64,000 bases of DNA, taken from positions 96,001 to 160,000 of IMG/VR virus record IMGVR_UViG_3300034101_006340. The stretch is one strand, 5' to 3'. Source of the stretch: a virus. The position numbers and the translations under genes are program-made. The notes beneath the pieces are model-generated. The model saw nothing but the letters and a program-made list of their open reading frames with translations, had not been told where the DNA came from and did not search any database. Positions 52,654 to 63,400 of this stretch are shown piece by piece; the first letter of the stretch is position 1; each line of letters begins with the position of its first letter.

Positions 52654-53871
52654 CTAGCTAAAAACTAGCTGATCCCCATTTCCAGGAACAAATTCAAAAG
52701 TTTTATCGTCATAGACATATATCCATCCAAATACAGCAGTAGGACAGTTAAAAGCACCGGCCGCAATAGGATCTGTAATAGAACTAGGGACACCACCAAA
52801 GACTACGCTAACAGATATGCTTTTTCCAGAAAGAGACGCTTCATACCAGTGTGCACCAATTCCTATAGTAAGATATTTCCGTCCATCAGCAGCTGTTAAT
52901 CCATAGCCATCACATAAGGCTTTACCCGCTTGGACAATAGCTTGGTTATTATTAATTTTGGTGATGTAATTGGTATTGGAGGGTGGACAAAAACCATTCC
53001 CTAGATAATTACCAACAGCGGCTATAGACCAACCCAGATTTAAGCCAAAACTAGGCTCTGTGGCTGTGTTGCCTAAATTATCAATATTGATGGTTAAAAT
53101 TGAATCACATAGTGGCGTAGTGTCTTGTTCTGACTCGATTACTATACAGCTTTGTACTGTTGGTTTCTCGATTGTTGTGATAACGGCTGTATTTATTAAT
53201 GATCCAGCTATTGGTTTAGTTTTACACCAATTACATTGTTGTATATCATCAACACATGGCGCATTGCTGCATTTACTAACTAAGGTGTCTTTAAGATTTT
53301 TATACAAAATAATTTTTTCTAAATATGTTTTAAAGACTATTATTAAATCAGCGTATGATAATGTATATATATTACCATTCTTATCGTTAAATAAAGGCAT
53401 GGGGGCATCATTGTCATCATCGTACAACGCCTGAGCGTACGATAGAATACTCTTATATGACATTTGATCAGCTATAGATGACCCTAATATTGCATTTTGA
53501 TTATTAATATTAACTAGTATACCATCTTCTATGGTGGCATTGTATGATGCATTAATTAAATTGATTTGCGCATCTTTAAAAGTTTGCAGCGGCGGGTCAC
53601 TAATGGTTCCACTAGCAATATATCGATAAATTAAATAACACTCCCATTCGGTAGTATCTTCATTGTCATCATTAATATTACAAGTAGGGACGGGATTGTT
53701 AGACAATTCATTAATAATCTTAGTTTGTCCTGTAGTTTTATCTGTGCGAAGTACAGAAGCATTTTCTGATTTGTTGGTAATAATACTCGTCCCGCTCTGT
53801 ATTACATCAATAAATGCATAAGAGTATTTATTAGAACAAAAATCATTAATATTAGTATAATTACATATCAT
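52654..53871 (-). CDS. Tandem paralogue 3 (DUF4376-like middle, distinct beta-rich C-terminus)
   Basis: Start moved to MICNYTNINDFC at 53871; shares MICxY..RxDK..W(E/D)CY with its neighbours. Confidence 0.75.
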   Translation of the reverse strand: MICNYTNINDFCSNKYSYAFIDVIQSGTSIITNKSENASVLRTDKTTGQTKIINELSNNPVPTCNINDDNEDTTEWECYLIYRYIASGTISDPPLQTFKDAQINLINASYNATIEDGILVNINNQNAILGSSIADQMSYKSILSYAQALYDDDNDAPMPLFNDKNGNIYTLSYADLIIVFKTYLEKIILYKNLKDTLVSKCSNAPCVDDIQQCNWCKTKPIAGSLINTAVITTIEKPTVQSCIVIESEQDTTPLCDSILTINIDNLGNTATEPSFGLNLGWSIAAVGNYLGNGFCPPSNTNYITKINNNQAIVQAGKALCDGYGLTAADGRKYLTIGIGAHWYEASLSGKSISVSVVFGGVPSSITDPIAAGAFNCPTAVFGWIYVYDDKTFEFVPGNGDQLVFS

Positions 53872-53872
53872 A

Positions 53873-54946
53873 TTATATATACTCACATTGTCCATCAATA
53901 CAAGTACCATTTTGTGTGGATGGTCCTGACCAATTAGAAAATGGAGGATATCCTAAATAAGACTCGCAATCTGTAATATTTCCAGGTACTACATATGCTT
54001 TAAAGCAGCCATATGAACCTTCGGACCCACCACAAGAATATCCAGGCGGACAATTACAGTCATCACAAGATACTACACTACAAGTGCCACTATCAACACA
54101 TATTGTACGTTGACACTGAGCTACGCAAACTCCATCATCACAGCATTCGCCACTATCACACAAACTAACACATTGTCCATCAACACAAGTTTCACAACTA
54201 TTAGAGTCACAAGGCGGATCACAGACCCCTGTGGTAACATCTGAAATTTCTTGATATGTAGAATAATCTATTACAATATTAGACTGAATAATATTTTGGC
54301 TAGTTTTATTATTACAATAATATTTATTTGAAATATCATCTGATGTTTTGATGGTCTGTAACTGATTTAATAGATCGTCTTTAACTACTTTTTGTTTAGA
54401 TACCGTTTCAAAATATTTTGTTAATACTAATTTTAGAGTACTATAATTTAAATAATAAGCAGTATTATTAATATCTAAAATATATGGCATAGCACTGTTA
54501 GTATTTTCGTTATATAGGATATTTGCTAAACAAATAATATTACCTAAATGTATTTGATTTTCGATTGTTCCGTCTAATATAATAGTGTTGTAGCTGTCAA
54601 TGCTGATAGAAACGCCATCTTGTAAAGAATTGTCATAGTTTTTGAGCACAGAATCCGTTTGCAGAGTGTTCGTTACTAAAAGATCAGGACTATTGACAAC
54701 ATTACCATTATTAACATATATTACATAACAGTCCCAATAACTAATAACTTCTACTAAATCGTTATTATCACATGGTTCAATAAATAAATTGGTATCAGAA
54801 GATATTGTAATTTTTTGTCCAGTATCTTTATCTGTACGAATAACACTGGTAACTAAATCCCCAGAAGCTGATGTGGGGGTGGTAGTGTACTGGTATGAGA
54901 ATTTATTAAGACAATAGTCGTAAATATTTTGGTAGTTACATATCAT
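53873..54946 (-). CDS. Tandem paralogue 2 (DUF4376-like middle, Cys-rich C-terminus)
   Basis: Start moved to the ATGA overlap at 54946 (MICNYQNIYDYC); CDPPCDSNSCETCVDGQCVSLCDSGECC. Confidence 0.75.
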   Translation of the reverse strand: MICNYQNIYDYCLNKFSYQYTTTPTSASGDLVTSVIRTDKDTGQKITISSDTNLFIEPCDNNDLVEVISYWDCYVIYVNNGNVVNSPDLLVTNTLQTDSVLKNYDNSLQDGVSISIDSYNTIILDGTIENQIHLGNIICLANILYNENTNSAMPYILDINNTAYYLNYSTLKLVLTKYFETVSKQKVVKDDLLNQLQTIKTSDDISNKYYCNNKTSQNIIQSNIVIDYSTYQEISDVTTGVCDPPCDSNSCETCVDGQCVSLCDSGECCDDGVCVAQCQRTICVDSGTCSVVSCDDCNCPPGYSCGGSEGSYGCFKAYVVPGNITDCESYLGYPPFSNWSGPSTQNGTCIDGQCEYI

Positions 54947-56076
54947 GGAGAACAACCTCCAGGACCTCTCCATGCTTCACATTCTAAACAACAGTCATAT
55001 TCACTGGTATATAGATTACCATTAGGATACTCTCCAAAATCATTAGGAATATTTCCAGTACAAGTATAATATACTATATTAGTGCTTGGGGATGTATATG
55101 GTAAGTTAATTTGATCACATATATCGTCTTCGCCGCACACCCAGCATCCACAATCTCCGCAAATCCCATCATTACAACATTCTCCTTCATCGCACAGATC
55201 TACGCAACTACCATCAATACATTCTTGACAAGAATTTGGATCACATGGCGGATCACACAAATTATTAAGTTCTTCACAGCTTAAAGTACTAAATTTAATA
55301 ATAATATCATTACTGCCTGATATATTGGTCAATTTATTATATGTGGTAGTGGGTAGACTAGTAAAAAATATTTGTTTTTGTATATCGTCTATGCTAGATG
55401 CATTATTAATTTGAATTATTATATTATCTAATATTAGTTTATAGTTTTTTAATTTATTGAAATAATTAGAAAGTATATTAGTTAAATTGTAGTAATTTAA
55501 AAAATGAGCATTGTTATAATAATCAACTAAAGATGGTAGTGGATCCTTACTATCATTAATATTCATAAGAGTAGCTAAAGATAATATGTTACTAAAATTA
55601 ATAATATCATCATTTAAAGCTGGTAGAAGAATAGTATAGTTAGTGGTTTCGGAAACAACAGTATTAGAATACGCACCATTTTCAGCTATTGTAATATCTG
55701 TAGCAAAATTATCTATTGTAATTAAAATTCCATTAGTTAAAGTTGTATTATAAGTGGTTGTGACATTTTTTATTTGCTCTTCTTTATATTTTGATAATGA
55801 TGGATTATTTATTATTCCATTATTATTTTTATACCATAAATAGCATTCCCAGGCTGTAAGGGATGCGTTTTCATCATTAGTATCGCAACTATAAATTTGC
55901 AGAGAAGAGCTTGGCTCTAATAATACTTTTTCTTGAGTATTTTTATCAATTCTATATACTGATCCATCGTAACCAGTATTGGGTATAACATAACCATCTT
56001 TGAGAATAAAACTAGCATATTCATAGACGTATTTGCTAGAACATAAATCATAAATATTGGAATATCCACATATCAT
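54943..56076 (-). CDS. Tandem paralogue 1 (DUF4376-like middle, Cys-rich C-terminus, 377 aa)
   Basis: MICGYSNIYDLC; CDPPCDPNSCQECIDGSCVDLCDEGECC. Confidence 0.75.
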   Translation of the reverse strand: MICGYSNIYDLCSSKYVYEYASFILKDGYVIPNTGYDGSVYRIDKNTQEKVLLEPSSSLQIYSCDTNDENASLTAWECYLWYKNNNGIINNPSLSKYKEEQIKNVTTTYNTTLTNGILITIDNFATDITIAENGAYSNTVVSETTNYTILLPALNDDIINFSNILSLATLMNINDSKDPLPSLVDYYNNAHFLNYYNLTNILSNYFNKLKNYKLILDNIIIQINNASSIDDIQKQIFFTSLPTTTYNKLTNISGSNDIIIKFSTLSCEELNNLCDPPCDPNSCQECIDGSCVDLCDEGECCNDGICGDCGCWVCGEDDICDQINLPYTSPSTNIVYYTCTGNIPNDFGEYPNGNLYTSEYDCCLECEAWRGPGGCSP

Positions 56077-56086
56077 AAATGATATC

Positions 56087-59000
56087 CTATGTAAACTTAA
56101 ATTCTGATATATCTATACAGACAATATTACCTGATTTTAATCTAATATATCTATAATTCCAATTACCATTTATAACTCTTGAAGATGTTGCTGAAGTGAA
56201 ACTCGAACTGTTGAATGCTTCTATGAGTGTCCAGTTGACATTATCAGTACTGCCTTCCACACTGGCATGATTAATATAGGTTGGACCATAAAAATAATGA
56301 GCAGTAACTGTTATAGATTTAACATTTCGTATCGAACCAAAATCGGCAATTATAAAAGCAGCACCAGTACTACCAGCACAACTGCTAAAAGTACTACCAG
56401 CTGCATTCACATTATCTTTAAGATCATTTATATTAGGATAAAATAGATTACCAATTGTAGTACTCTTTGCTCCACAACAAGGAGCACTACTAGTAAATGT
56501 CCAAGAAGATATTGGTCCATATGACGGCGATGTTGTGGTGACAAATAGGACAACAGGATTACTACTAAAATAACTTGTATTTTTTGTAGATAAAGACAAA
56601 CCATATGTTCCTGGTCCGGGTACTGTTAGTGTAGCACTTGTTGCGGTATAATATGTACTAGTTTTATTTGATGGAGTTGTTATATTCCAATATTGTAAAT
56701 AATAACTAATATTACCTGGAATATCATAGCCACTAGCTGCTGGTCCAGATGGAGCAACCCATGTCAAATTAATACCGGTTGCAGAGCTTGCTGTTGCGGT
56801 AAAATTGGTCGGAGAAGATGGTGATGAAAGTCCCTTGGATATACATTCATGATTAAGCCATGATGAAACACCGCTAGGATTATAGGCTCTAACGCGAGCA
56901 CAGAATGATACACTATTATGATTAACGCATTGAGCATTAAGATTAACATTGCCTGGGATGCTGTAAGTAGTTAATTGAGTACTAAAATTGCTATCAGCAG
57001 CATATTGTACTTCATATCCTGTTATTGCTAATCCTCCATTATTAGAGGGTGTTTGCCATTTAAAAACAGGAATGTGAGAACCAACAACAGTATTGCCATA
57101 AGTAAATCCGGTACAAGTAATATTAGAACCAATAATATAATAAGAAGTATTCCATGATCCCCAAGAACTAGAAGTAATTCCATTCTTAGAGATACCACTA
57201 TAATATGTCAAACCATTCATTAAATATACATATACAATACCAGTTTGAGATGATGTTAATGCTCCGGCCTGAATGGCAGCAGTGCGTATGTCGCTATCAT
57301 GTGTATAAGGATTTCTTCCCCATATTGGACCCCCACTATAAGGAGTAGTTACTCTAACTCCATAAATAGTATCTAATTGACTATAGTTTGTCATATTTAT
57401 CGCATTATTAATAGTCATATTGAATGAGCCATTCTGCGGAACTGCTGTAAATGACAATGTACTATTTAATGGTGGAGATGGAGCAGAGTAAGGCGGCACC
57501 GGAGTAGCTTGGCCAATATTAGAGAATGATCCTGTGCCTATGGTATTAAGAGCCCTAACTCTAAAATAATAATTAGTATTATTAGTCAGCGACGATATTG
57601 ATGTTTGTAAACCAGTTACGGTTGTATTATTTACATTAGTAGCAAAAGTAGAGCTAGTGCTATATTGTAAATTATATCCAGTAATTGCAGATCCTTTGGA
57701 TACTGGCTTATACCAGCTAGCAAGCACAGTAGTATTTCCTGGATTTAAATTATATAGCAATGGACTATCCGGAACTTGCTTACTGAGAAATGTTGATGAA
57801 CTGTTGGCACTAGATCCAACACTGTTATTAGCTTTTCCTCTAAAATAAAAAGTACTATAATTACCAGTTATTGGAACATCAAAACTAATAGAACTTATAT
57901 TGTTTTGTGTTGTTAGTGTTAATAGATTACTAGTAAAGCCAGACCCAGAAGAAACATATATAGTATAATTAATAATTGGAGAACCACCATTGTCTGCTGG
58001 TGGATTCCATCCTAGGTTTATAGTATCATCATCTATCCAATTAGCAATAAATCCAGATGGAGCATTAGGAATTGTCAGGGGCTTATTGGGTACAGCTAGC
58101 ACACCTGAAGAATATGGTCCGTAACCTAATTGGTTATAACCTCTCATTCTAAAATAATACGTGGTATTATTTGTCAAACCAGTAACAGTGATAGGCGTAT
58201 AGTTAGCAGTATGCGAAGAGGAAGTTACGCTAGAAAAAGCACTATTGGTACTACGTTCTAAACCAAAGAAAGAAATAACATTTCCTCCATTGCCGGTTGA
58301 TGGTAAATAAGATATGGTTATAGAACCATCTCCAACCGATGTCGATAAGTTGATAGGTGCGCTTGGTACTGTTTTAGCCAATGTGAAAGAAGAATGAGTT
58401 CCTGTGCCAGCAAGATTAATAGGAATAATTCTAAAATAATAATTACCGGTCGATGTTAATTCACTGCTAAATTTAGCTATCTTAAACTCTATTTTGTTAT
58501 TTTTATAGTATAGGGATAAACCTTGAGAATTTGTTGTGGGTGATGTTGTAGTTGGAACACCAACATAAAAAGTCGAATTGTAATTTGGTGAAGTATCCAC
58601 ATCAGGAAAATTAGCATACATTGATCTATCGATACGATAACCAGTAATTGTGGATCCTCCGTTATTAGATGGAGCATTCCAGCTTACATATGTTTCATCA
58701 AATCCCCAAACGCCGCTCAATGAGCTAACACCAGACGGAACATTATACAATGGCGCGACCTCAAATATATTTGATTCTACTGATTGTCCATAAGAATTAC
58801 TACTATAAAGCTTGATATAATATGAGCTAGAATCAGACAACCCGGTAATACTACCAGAAGAATCTGTAAATGGCTGTGTATTTACTATTTCGTTTGGTGA
58901 AGTGCCGTATAGTGCTGTATATGATATTGTAGAATCACTGTTGGTTGGTGGGTTCCAATCCATATCAATTTTTCCACTGCCTCTTATTATTGAAGCAAAA

Positions 59001-59926
59001 TCTATTTTTCCTGGTTCTTTACCATATGGAATTTCATCGTCAATAAAAAATTCTATACTAAGTTCTGAATATAAATTTTTAGCATTAGCTATAACATTTA
59101 GATATGCATCGTTACTAATAGTAGCAGTAAAATTTTCGATTAGACTATTGTTATTTTTAGCAACTGTTATTTTTGCATTATTTGATCTGGGTAAAACAGG
59201 TAATGGGGTACTAACTCCAAATTTTTTAGCGCTATTACCAGCACCAGTGCCAGCCTTGAGGGTTGTTTCTACTTTTTGATAAAATCTTTTGCATTTATTG
59301 AGTTCTTCATTGTAGATTAAAGGCTTAAAGTTAGTAACTACTGAACCAATCTCTAGTTTAGCTCGACCTATATCAATAATTGAGGAATTACTTAAAGCGC
59401 CAGACGGAGATATTTCAACCATAAGTGTTGAAGCATTATCTGGAACAATAAAAGAGTTACTATACAAAGTCCAAGCGTCTGTTGCTAATGAACCACTAAA
59501 AGCAGCATCGCTAATTTCTATTTTACCGTTCGCCAACGAATTAAAATCTGTGCTATAGTAAACTCTACCATATACTAAACCAGTCCAGTTACTATCGGCT
59601 GGTTTTTTGGCATAAAAACTAAAGGTTGTTGTTTTCCCTCTTAGCCCTGCTGATATATCGCTATCTATAGCTTGAGATAAAACTGGATAAGAACCGGAAG
59701 ACAGTGTTTGTAGTCTAATAATATTAGTAGCATTATCTAGTCCAACATTGCCAGCGATTCTAGAAGCTTTATTTGAACCGTTAGAAATCATATACCAACG
59801 ATCTGCTGTAAAACCACCAGCATAAAATGGTGTTCCTCTTTGCCATATATCAAAATTACCATTAATTAAAAGATTATCATTACTACTTCTAGTAATATTT
59901 TTAGCATAATTTAATATCTTGACCAT
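56087..59926 (-). CDS. Fibre/receptor-binding protein: N-terminal CBM-like fibre domain, ~7 FN3, LCCL, C-terminal F5/8-C discoidin-like (1279 aa)
   Basis: NLLINGNFDIWQRGT..ADRW...LEIGSVVT..EELNKCKRFY; repeated P-x-x-P..W..NGG..ITGY; IWGRNPYTHDSDIRTAAIQAG..KNGITSSSWGSW; IIADFG..VEGSTDNVNWT..YRYIRL. Confidence 0.82.
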   Translation of the reverse strand: MVKILNYAKNITRSSNDNLLINGNFDIWQRGTPFYAGGFTADRWYMISNGSNKASRIAGNVGLDNATNIIRLQTLSSGSYPVLSQAIDSDISAGLRGKTTTFSFYAKKPADSNWTGLVYGRVYYSTDFNSLANGKIEISDAAFSGSLATDAWTLYSNSFIVPDNASTLMVEISPSGALSNSSIIDIGRAKLEIGSVVTNFKPLIYNEELNKCKRFYQKVETTLKAGTGAGNSAKKFGVSTPLPVLPRSNNAKITVAKNNNSLIENFTATISNDAYLNVIANAKNLYSELSIEFFIDDEIPYGKEPGKIDFASIIRGSGKIDMDWNPPTNSDSTISYTALYGTSPNEIVNTQPFTDSSGSITGLSDSSSYYIKLYSSNSYGQSVESNIFEVAPLYNVPSGVSSLSGVWGFDETYVSWNAPSNNGGSTITGYRIDRSMYANFPDVDTSPNYNSTFYVGVPTTTSPTTNSQGLSLYYKNNKIEFKIAKFSSELTSTGNYYFRIIPINLAGTGTHSSFTLAKTVPSAPINLSTSVGDGSITISYLPSTGNGGNVISFFGLERSTNSAFSSVTSSSHTANYTPITVTGLTNNTTYYFRMRGYNQLGYGPYSSGVLAVPNKPLTIPNAPSGFIANWIDDDTINLGWNPPADNGGSPIINYTIYVSSGSGFTSNLLTLTTQNNISSISFDVPITGNYSTFYFRGKANNSVGSSANSSSTFLSKQVPDSPLLYNLNPGNTTVLASWYKPVSKGSAITGYNLQYSTSSTFATNVNNTTVTGLQTSISSLTNNTNYYFRVRALNTIGTGSFSNIGQATPVPPYSAPSPPLNSTLSFTAVPQNGSFNMTINNAINMTNYSQLDTIYGVRVTTPYSGGPIWGRNPYTHDSDIRTAAIQAGALTSSQTGIVYVYLMNGLTYYSGISKNGITSSSWGSWNTSYYIIGSNITCTGFTYGNTVVGSHIPVFKWQTPSNNGGLAITGYEVQYAADSNFSTQLTTYSIPGNVNLNAQCVNHNSVSFCARVRAYNPSGVSSWLNHECISKGLSSPSSPTNFTATASSATGINLTWVAPSGPAASGYDIPGNISYYLQYWNITTPSNKTSTYYTATSATLTVPGPGTYGLSLSTKNTSYFSSNPVVLFVTTTSPSYGPISSWTFTSSAPCCGAKSTTIGNLFYPNINDLKDNVNAAGSTFSSCAGSTGAAFIIADFGSIRNVKSITVTAHYFYGPTYINHASVEGSTDNVNWTLIEAFNSSSFTSATSSRVINGNWNYRYIRLKSGNIVCIDISEFKFT

Positions 59927-59928
59927 AA

Positions 59929-60096
59929 TTACCCTATATCAGGTTTATCTTTTTCGGATAAAGTTTTATTTATAGCATTTAGCTTTTCGTACAATTGACC
60001 AATAGCAACAAGATCACTAGCCTTAAAAACACCTCGTTGAGTAGCCAAATCAATAACTACCATTAGATTTTGAATATCACCAGCATTTAATTCCAT
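59929..60096 (-). CDS. Small hypothetical phage protein (55 aa), below the ORF-track cutoff
   Basis: AGGAG RBS, then MELNAGDIQNLMVVIDLATQRGVFKASDLVAIGQLYEKLNAINKTLSEKDKPDIG*; fills the gap exactly. Confidence 0.8.
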   Translation of the reverse strand: MELNAGDIQNLMVVIDLATQRGVFKASDLVAIGQLYEKLNAINKTLSEKDKPDIG

Positions 60097-60110
60097 GATT
60101 TTCTCCTAAA

Positions 60111-60434
60111 TTAAACTCCAGAAGGTGGAGGAGCAACAAGCCCCTGTTCTATTCCGGCCTTCCTTATATATAATAGTAATGATTGTACTATATTTGCAAG
60201 GTCGTTATCTTCAGCACTCTTACTTAAAATATTATCAATAATGATATTAGTTCCAAGATCATTTGGCATAAATTCTGCTACTCCATCAAATACTCCAAAC
60301 TTTCTTAGCAAAATATTAGCATTAGCATCTCCATTAACATTAGGTGCGCTAATATTTACATTGGATACCCAGTATTTATCATATGTTTTTGCTGGTATCG
60401 TGCTTGGTTCAATTGGTTCTATAGTTGGTAACAT
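60111..60434 (-). CDS. Hypothetical fibre-associated protein (107 aa)
   Basis: AAGGAG RBS before MLPTIEP at 60434; follows the fibre gene. Confidence 0.7.
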   Translation of the reverse strand: MLPTIEPIEPSTIPAKTYDKYWVSNVNISAPNVNGDANANILLRKFGVFDGVAEFMPNDLGTNIIIDNILSKSAEDNDLANIVQSLLLYIRKAGIEQGLVAPPPSGV

Positions 60435-60451
60435 TTTATTCTCCTTTATTT

Positions 60452-63400
60452 TTAGCCGCACATGAGCGTACAAGCAACAAGATATGAATCATCTGAATAT
60501 TCTGTTATTTTATTTACTGAAGAAACTTTGCCTATGGTACTAGATCGTACAATATCATCATTTTGGGCTATTGCTGTACCATCTCCAGCACTTTCTAAAA
60601 GATCACCGGATTGCACAATACCTTTTACTCTAACGTAATATGCTCCCAAACCAGCAACATACATATCTCCAGTACTAGCATAATTTTCATCCCAACCTAA
60701 AAATACTCCGTAAACTCTTTTGCTTTTTGGAATATCGCTTATTTTAACACGTACTAATCTATCACTTTTACCATCAATCCATTCGCATGTTTCATCTAAA
60801 GTTTCTAAAACTGTACCACGTAAAATTTCTGGTTTACTATTATCTATTAATTGCGACCAGTGAGATCCACAGAAAGCATTATAACTAACAGTATTTCCAG
60901 CTATACTAATAGATCCCTCAAGAACAGCATCTTGATATAATGCAACTATGGTTCCGTCAGCAGCTTTTAGATTTAATCGTAAACATTCAAAGGATGAGCG
61001 GCTGACGCTGATGTAGTCGGTGGCGATTGCCACGCCGTTGGTGTTTGCACCTGCTGGGTCTGTGGTTGTAAATTGTCCAACTAATACATTTCCGTTAGCA
61101 TCTACCCTAAATCGTTCTGCTCCACCAGCCGTGCTAATGCAAAATATATCGGCCCCAGCACTACCAAGAAATGGTCCATTACCAGTTGAACCATTATTTA
61201 ATTGAACACCGTATTTTTCAGTAGCAGCAAAAAACTGAGTACGTCCATTGCCTCCAACTCGTACTCTTTCTACTCCAACAGTATCAAAAGTTATATTATT
61301 TCCAACACTTCCCATATCTGGCGCATATGTTACAGCAGTATCTTGAAAAGCTAATCTGCTTCTGGTTCCTCCGGTATTGTTTAGATATGTTGTGATATTA
61401 TTGGTTGCACTAGCACTACCAACAACGTGTAAACGATAAGATACCGTAGCTGTTCCTATTCCAACATTTCCACCTTGTCTATTTAAGATTAATGCTTGAT
61501 GACCAGTTTCAGCATTATTAGTAGATTGAATCTCAGCATATTGACCAACACCGAACTCATAATAACAACTCATTTTTAATCTTTGATCAAGATTATCAAT
61601 AAGAATACTAGTTCGTCCACCGTTATTATCTTGCATTACTGATAATACTTCGGGTGGGCTTGTTGATGCTGCTCCTATTCCAACATTTCCAGCACTAGTT
61701 ATTCTCATTCTTTCAGTATTATTAGTCCCAAAAACTAATGCCTTATTAGGCTCAACTCTTATTAAACCATCTTCTGTACCCATTAATCCTATTAATAAGC
61801 CACTAGCGGTAGTAGTATCCGTATTCGATATTCGTAAATAAACATCGTCAGCGGATGATCCGTGGATCTGGAGACGTTGTGTGGGAGAAGATGTTCCTAT
61901 TCCAAGATTACTTCCGTCAAAAGTTAAATTACTTTCAGCATTAATTCCAACACTACTTCCAGTACTAGTAAGTATTCTATTATCACCACTATTAGCTATT
62001 GTGGGTAATAATCCAGTAACTCCACTACCAAAATTAGTAATGTCAGATATGGTATGAGTATGATTTAGTTGAGCATATTGTGCGGGACCTCCTAAACCAG
62101 CCCACTCTACAACATCTCCAGAAGCTCCTGGAGAACTTAATAAGAAAGATGTTCCATTTGTAGCAGTATAGTCTTCACCATCCAGTAATTTAAATCCATT
62201 GTAATATACTTGTAGATTACCAACTAAATAATTTGGAGTAACAGTAAAAGTATCTTTAGCTGTTGTTAATATCTCATATCCAGTAATGGCAACCGCATAT
62301 AAATTTATTGTTAAGTTTCCATCATTATCATTATAAGAAACACTAAGTCCTGTTCCGGCAACTATTCCTGTGCCTATTATATCCATAACATCTTCTGCTG
62401 ATACTGCTCCGCCAGATGATGTGCTATTTATTGTATAATTTCCATTATTAGAAAATATGCTAATTCCTGTTCCAGCAATTATATCTTTAACTGGTAATAG
62501 TCCGCTTACACCACTATTAAAATCGGTAATTTGACTACTAGAATGAGTGTGACCACTCAAGCTAACTCCGGTACCATTCACCAAAAGATTTTGACTAAAG
62601 TTACCAGTACCAACAACATCTAGTTTATATGATGGTGAGCTAGTACCTATGCCAACCCTATCTGTGCTGGCGTCAGTAAATAAAAGATTAGTATCTGTGT
62701 CGCCCTCTACTCTAAGATCTAAATTAGCCCCCTGTTCATTAACTGTAAACTCGCTGTTGTTCATCCTAATATAGTAACCAAGATATGAGGTGCTATATCC
62801 AGTTAAAGGAATGGAGCCTTGTCTTATAAGTCCAAGGTTTATAGTAGATCCTTTAAACTGACTAATCCCACTATCGTATATGAGGGTATATTCATCTACT
62901 AATAAGGGATAACTAAAATCGCTGATTACATTATTGAGATCTTGTATATTTTGTGAGGAGATGTTGGTTAAATATCCCTGTAAGGCGTGATTGCCCCATC
63001 CATGAGCAGCATTCCAATTGGTTGAATCACCGCTAGTGGCTGTAATAACACCACTAACATCCAGCTTAGAAGAAGGTGAAGATGTGCCTATACCAATATT
63101 TGTTCCATTGTCATAAATTATACTATTATTTAAACTATTAGTTCCAGTCCATTTTGTAATAGAATTGGCTGAACCAGTTCCTGTTGGAACCGCTGTGCCA
63201 CTAACTTGTAATGTAGTAAAATTTCCACTAGAGCTAGGAACCCACAATCCACTAACACTATTATACTGTAAAAATTGTCCATTAGTCGCACCGGTTACAG
63301 CAACATTATGAAGCTCTTCCAACTCATAACCATTTTGAACTCTAACCTCAATAACTCCTTCGTTTTGATGAGTTCGTACAATAGTTCCCATAGCCACAAT

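Noticed and set aside
54140-55260. Similar Cys-rich segments in paralogues 1 and 2 as a possible DGR template/variable repeat pair (Mtd_N-like domains are present nearby)
   Set aside because: Differences are spread over all bases and mostly synonymous (e.g. CCA/CCT, GAT/GAC, TGC/TGT), not adenine-specific. No reverse transcriptase is in the window.
540-61205. The many short (60-160 aa) ORFs of the track lying antisense or in alternative frames within long genes, e.g. 10026-10502, 53060-53434, 58902-59279
   Set aside because: They are shadows of the long coding frames, with no RBS, no motifs and biased composition.
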